From: an uncultured Lentisphaeria bacterium
Lineage (GTDB): Bacteria > Verrucomicrobiota > Lentisphaeria > Victivallales > UBA1829
DNA length: 64,000 nt
NCBI GenBank assembly: GCA_949287225.1
Contig: CASEFP010000060.1
Location: 487-64,486, forward strand
Direction: 5' to 3'
This document shows, piece by piece, positions 61,012 through 64,000 of the stretch (positions within the stretch are counted from its first letter, which is position 1; each line of letters opens with the position of its first letter). A program made the translations under genes and the position numbers. Below the pieces are notes generated by a model. It made no database searches and was not told where the DNA came from. It was given only the letters and a program-made list of their open reading frames with translations.

Positions 61012-61093
61012 GACGGAAAGAAAATCCTCCCTGATTTCCCTCGTGCCCGAATGATCCGGAAAGGAAGGTATCACGCTTTTTCCGGAAATCAAG

Positions 61094-61882
61094 TCACCAG
61101 TTGAAAAAGAGCGCTCTTTCCACACTTTCCGCGGTCAGCTCCCAGGTTCTGCCGTCGAGGCGGCGATAGGCGGGGTTGTCCGGCATGCGGCAGCGCGAAA
61201 CCAGCTCCACCTTCAGGCTGACCGGCGTTGAGATTGCCATGGGGCGCATTTCCGAAGCGTGTTCCACAGCAAAACAGCTTTTTTCCCGGATCAGGGCCCG
61301 GCTCTTCTCCAGAGAAGGCATTCTTGCTCCGTTGCGGGAAAACCCTTTCTTGACCTGGCAGGTCACGACGCCGGGAAGCCATTCCGATGCTTCGAGACAG
61401 GTCTTGTCGTCGCCCGACACCATGATGACGGGCACGCCGTGCTCCGCCGCGATCGACGCGTCGATCGCGATCTCCCCGGCTTCGCGGCCGTTCAGGTAGA
61501 CGTGCTGCCAGCTCGTCGAACTCATCGTGTGCTCGCAGACGGCGCCTTCCGTTCCGCCGCGCGCATGGTAGCCGAGCAGGATCAAGCCTGCGCTTCCCTC
61601 AATGTCCGCGAAGCGTTCTCCCGGCGTGTCTCCGTCGATCAGATCCGCGCGGGGGTCCACCATCGCGCGCGTCACGTTGAACCCGCCACCGTGACAGTCC
61701 TTCACAATCACTTCCGTCGCGCCGCCCCGCACGCACCCCTCCACACAGGCGTTGATATCCCCCGCCATCAGGGTGCGCGCTTCCGCAATCAGATCCGGGC
61801 GGTTCTGAGAAGCGTTGCAGTAACTCGAGCCGCTGATTCCGCTGATTCCCTCAAGATCGACCATAATGTAAATCTTCTTCAT
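61094..61882 (-). CDS. M55-family D-aminopeptidase (DppA-like)
   Basis: IYIMVDLEGISG, DCHG, GYHA, EHT, GE and VSGDD. Confidence 0.93.
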   Translation of the reverse strand: MKKIYIMVDLEGISGISGSSYCNASQNRPDLIAEARTLMAGDINACVEGCVRGGATEVIVKDCHGGGFNVTRAMVDPRADLIDGDTPGERFADIEGSAGLILLGYHARGGTEGAVCEHTMSSTSWQHVYLNGREAGEIAIDASIAAEHGVPVIMVSGDDKTCLEASEWLPGVVTCQVKKGFSRNGARMPSLEKSRALIREKSCFAVEHASEMRPMAISTPVSLKVELVSRCRMPDNPAYRRLDGRTWELTAESVERALFFNW

Positions 61883-62781
61883 TTTTCCCCGTCCTTCTGA
61901 TCCGTATTCATCTGAAAGAGTGATGCGTTGTTTTTCCGATATTCAAGGAATTCGCTGTTGTTCATCGTTTTTTTCGTCTCCCACAGCCCGAAGCGCCAGG
62001 CTTCCGCTTTCGGGTCAAGCGTGAAACGGAAATTCATGCAGTAGATTTTGCCGAACCAGACTTTTCCGGAAGAGATGCCCTTCCAGTCGATTGCAAGAAA
62101 ACAGGGTCCCTGCGCTTTCGGCGTGTTCGACGGCTCGAACGCGTTGTCATACATCACAAGCGTGGTGTCGCTCTTCTGCAGACGCACCCATGCGGTGTTC
62201 GCCGGAGAGGGGATTTTCCGCGCAGGCGTGAGAATCTCCCGCTGATAGCGGGGATCGCGCTTTCCGCCGTTGGGAACGCTGTAGGAGGGATAGACCAAAA
62301 ACGCCAGTTCGGCGCTCCGGAGTTCCTCCTGCGAGCCGGGAAGTTTCCGCCACTCCATGAACAGCATCGGCGACGCCTCGTTCATAAAGAAGCGCAGGTT
62401 CATTTTCACGCCGTCGAAATTGTAGACGGTGTCGATGCCGGCGATCCCCTTCTCCGCGAACGGGGTGATGGATTTGGGTTCCAGCCCGGCACTGCTGATC
62501 CCGTTGACCGTCAAACGGGTGAAGTCGCGCGAGATGAACCCCTGCCAGAATACAGGTTCGGGCATGCCGATCAGCACTTTTGCGGAAGCCTTCGCCGTCT
62601 CCAAGGTCCATTGAAAGTAGATCAGATAGCTGTTGCGGTCGTTCCGGATCTGAAAATATTCCGCCCTGCCGTAGAGTTTACTGGCCTTGTGATAGCTCCG
62701 TTCGACTTTTTCCACACTCGGAGCGGCGCTGTATGCCGCGCAGGCGAGAAGCGCAGCGCTCAGGATCAGAGTTTTTTTCAT
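61879..62781 (-). CDS. Secreted hypothetical protein (beta-rich)
   Basis: Signal peptide MKKTLILSAALLACAAYSA; its stop overlaps the M55 start (ATGA). Confidence 0.8.
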   Translation of the reverse strand: MKKTLILSAALLACAAYSAAPSVEKVERSYHKASKLYGRAEYFQIRNDRNSYLIYFQWTLETAKASAKVLIGMPEPVFWQGFISRDFTRLTVNGISSAGLEPKSITPFAEKGIAGIDTVYNFDGVKMNLRFFMNEASPMLFMEWRKLPGSQEELRSAELAFLVYPSYSVPNGGKRDPRYQREILTPARKIPSPANTAWVRLQKSDTTLVMYDNAFEPSNTPKAQGPCFLAIDWKGISSGKVWFGKIYCMNFRFTLDPKAEAWRFGLWETKKTMNNSEFLEYRKNNASLFQMNTDQKDGEK

Positions 62782-62783
62782 CT

Positions 62784-64000
62784 TCAGTCTCCTTTCCCCA
62801 TGAATTTGAATTTCCCCCACAGCGAATGGTTGTGATTGTTCCCCATCGTCATGGAGAAGGCGGAATATTCCGCGGGCTTCTTATCCGGGGCGAGTTTGTT
62901 GTTGACGAGATTGCCGAACCAGGTCTGGTAGGCGCGCGGGGCCGCGCGGTTGTGGAGTCCCTGAAACGGGATGTAGACTTCGACGCTCCAGGCGTTTTCC
63001 GAGGCGGAGACCGCGTGTTTCACTCCGCCGCACTCCCATTTCGCATCCAGAGCCGCCTCCATGGGTTTCTCCACTTTATACGCGTCGACCCAGTCGCCGC
63101 CGGGCGAGACTGCGAACTGGTAATAGACCGCCTTGTCATTTCCCGGCGAAAGGAAGAATTCGATATTGTCGCTTCCGAACCAGACGTCTCCCCTGTTGAT
63201 GGCCGGTTTGCCGGAACAGGTGAACGCCAGATAAATGCCGTTTTTGTCCCAGAGCATCCTTCCCTGCGGCTTCGAGACGAGTTCCGCTCCGGAGCCCCGC
63301 GCATCGCGCATCGGGATCACGCCCGCGCGCTTCCAGACGTTCTCCTTGATTTTTCCGTCGATTTCGATCCGCTCTCCCGCGCCGAGCTGTTTCACCTCGT
63401 AGACCGGAATCACCAGCGAAGCGTAGGCGCGCGCGGCCGTGAAATCCTTTTTCCAAGGCGCGGCGAAGAACTCCACTCTCCGGCGTTCGACGCTTCCCGG
63501 CCGTGTGGCTGCAAACGCTTCCCGGAGATACCCCTCGAGTTTTTCGATCGTCGGGACATGGTAGGCGCGGTAGAGGCGGTCGGGGGTGACGTTCGAGTTC
63601 GCAGCCGAGTTCGGTTCGTTGTTGATTTCCGCGATGTAGACCTTTTCCCAGCGCTCGACAAGCAGACGGTAGAACTTCCGGAGCGCGTCGCCGGCCTTTG
63701 CGCCGTAGAGCTTCTCCCAGTGCTCCTCCAGCGCCGCGTCGTAATTGAAGTCCGGATTCCAGAAGGCGCGGTAGACGCCGTAATAGGAGTAGTAGAAGTT
63801 CCAGCGGAGCCCCGAGGCGTCGAAGAAGAGTCCGTCGCGGGAGAGCCAGGGGCGGATGCAGTTGATGTAGTCGCGCATGTAGCGGCCCTGAATCGCCTGC
63901 GTGAACGCCGTTCCCTGTGCGCCGTAGGTCCATGCCGTCACGGGGCGGCCGCCGAGCGCGTCATACCAGCCCTTGAAAATTTCCCGCCACTGTTTTCTCG
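62784..64000 (-). CDS. 5'-truncated protein, DUF4838-like domain plus C-terminal CBM9-like domain
   Basis: The frame stays open beyond 63941 to the window end (RKQWREIFKGWYDALGGRPV). RAFWNPD....LEEHWEKLYG is DUF4838-like. IEIDGKIKENVW...WDKNGIYLAF...DNIEFFL...WSVEVYIPF is CBM9-like. Confidence 0.7.
   Translation of the reverse strand, partial: RKQWREIFKGWYDALGGRPVTAWTYGAQGTAFTQAIQGRYMRDYINCIRPWLSRDGLFFDASGLRWNFYYSYYGVYRAFWNPDFNYDAALEEHWEKLYGAKAGDALRKFYRLLVERWEKVYIAEINNEPNSAANSNVTPDRLYRAYHVPTIEKLEGYLREAFAATRPGSVERRRVEFFAAPWKKDFTAARAYASLVIPVYEVKQLGAGERIEIDGKIKENVWKRAGVIPMRDARGSGAELVSKPQGRMLWDKNGIYLAFTCSGKPAINRGDVWFGSDNIEFFLSPGNDKAVYYQFAVSPGGDWVDAYKVEKPMEAALDAKWECGGVKHAVSASENAWSVEVYIPFQGLHNRAAPRAYQTWFGNLVNNKLAPDKKPAEYSAFSMTMGNNHNHSLWGKFKFMGKGD

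Overview
Gene-dense, GC-rich bacterial chromosome segment. The many prepilin-type/H-X9-DG (DUF1559-like) genes, GntR-HTH/LacI-sensor hybrid regulators and large secreted CAZymes point to the PVC superphylum, most likely Lentisphaerota (Victivallales-like); this is an inference. The housekeeping backbone includes dnaE, tsaD, a cyclophilin, ispE, eda, pheA, tig-clpP-clpX and moxR-DUF58-transglutaminase-asmA. It is interleaved with carbohydrate-utilisation cassettes. Three of them (5.1-11.5 kb, 11.8-17.7 kb, 52.4-57.2 kb) repeat one design: sugar-sensing repressor, one pilin-like H-X9-DG gene, and a large secreted glycosidase directly behind the pilin gene, with no SusC/SusD, TonB or ABC transporter. 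This is the best candidate for an undescribed system (pilin-based polysaccharide utilisation loci). Other notable signals are a strong excess of the palindrome TCCGGA (hand-counted), a tandem pair of 120-bp multi-hairpin elements upstream of ispE, a WecA fused to a CapD/WbaP-type N-terminal module, an orphan DNA methyltransferase, a frameshifted Mpv17/PMP22-like gene, and recognisable LacI and GntR operators. I saw no rRNA, tRNA, CRISPR array, transposase or integrase. All assignments come from motifs read by eye; no database search was run.
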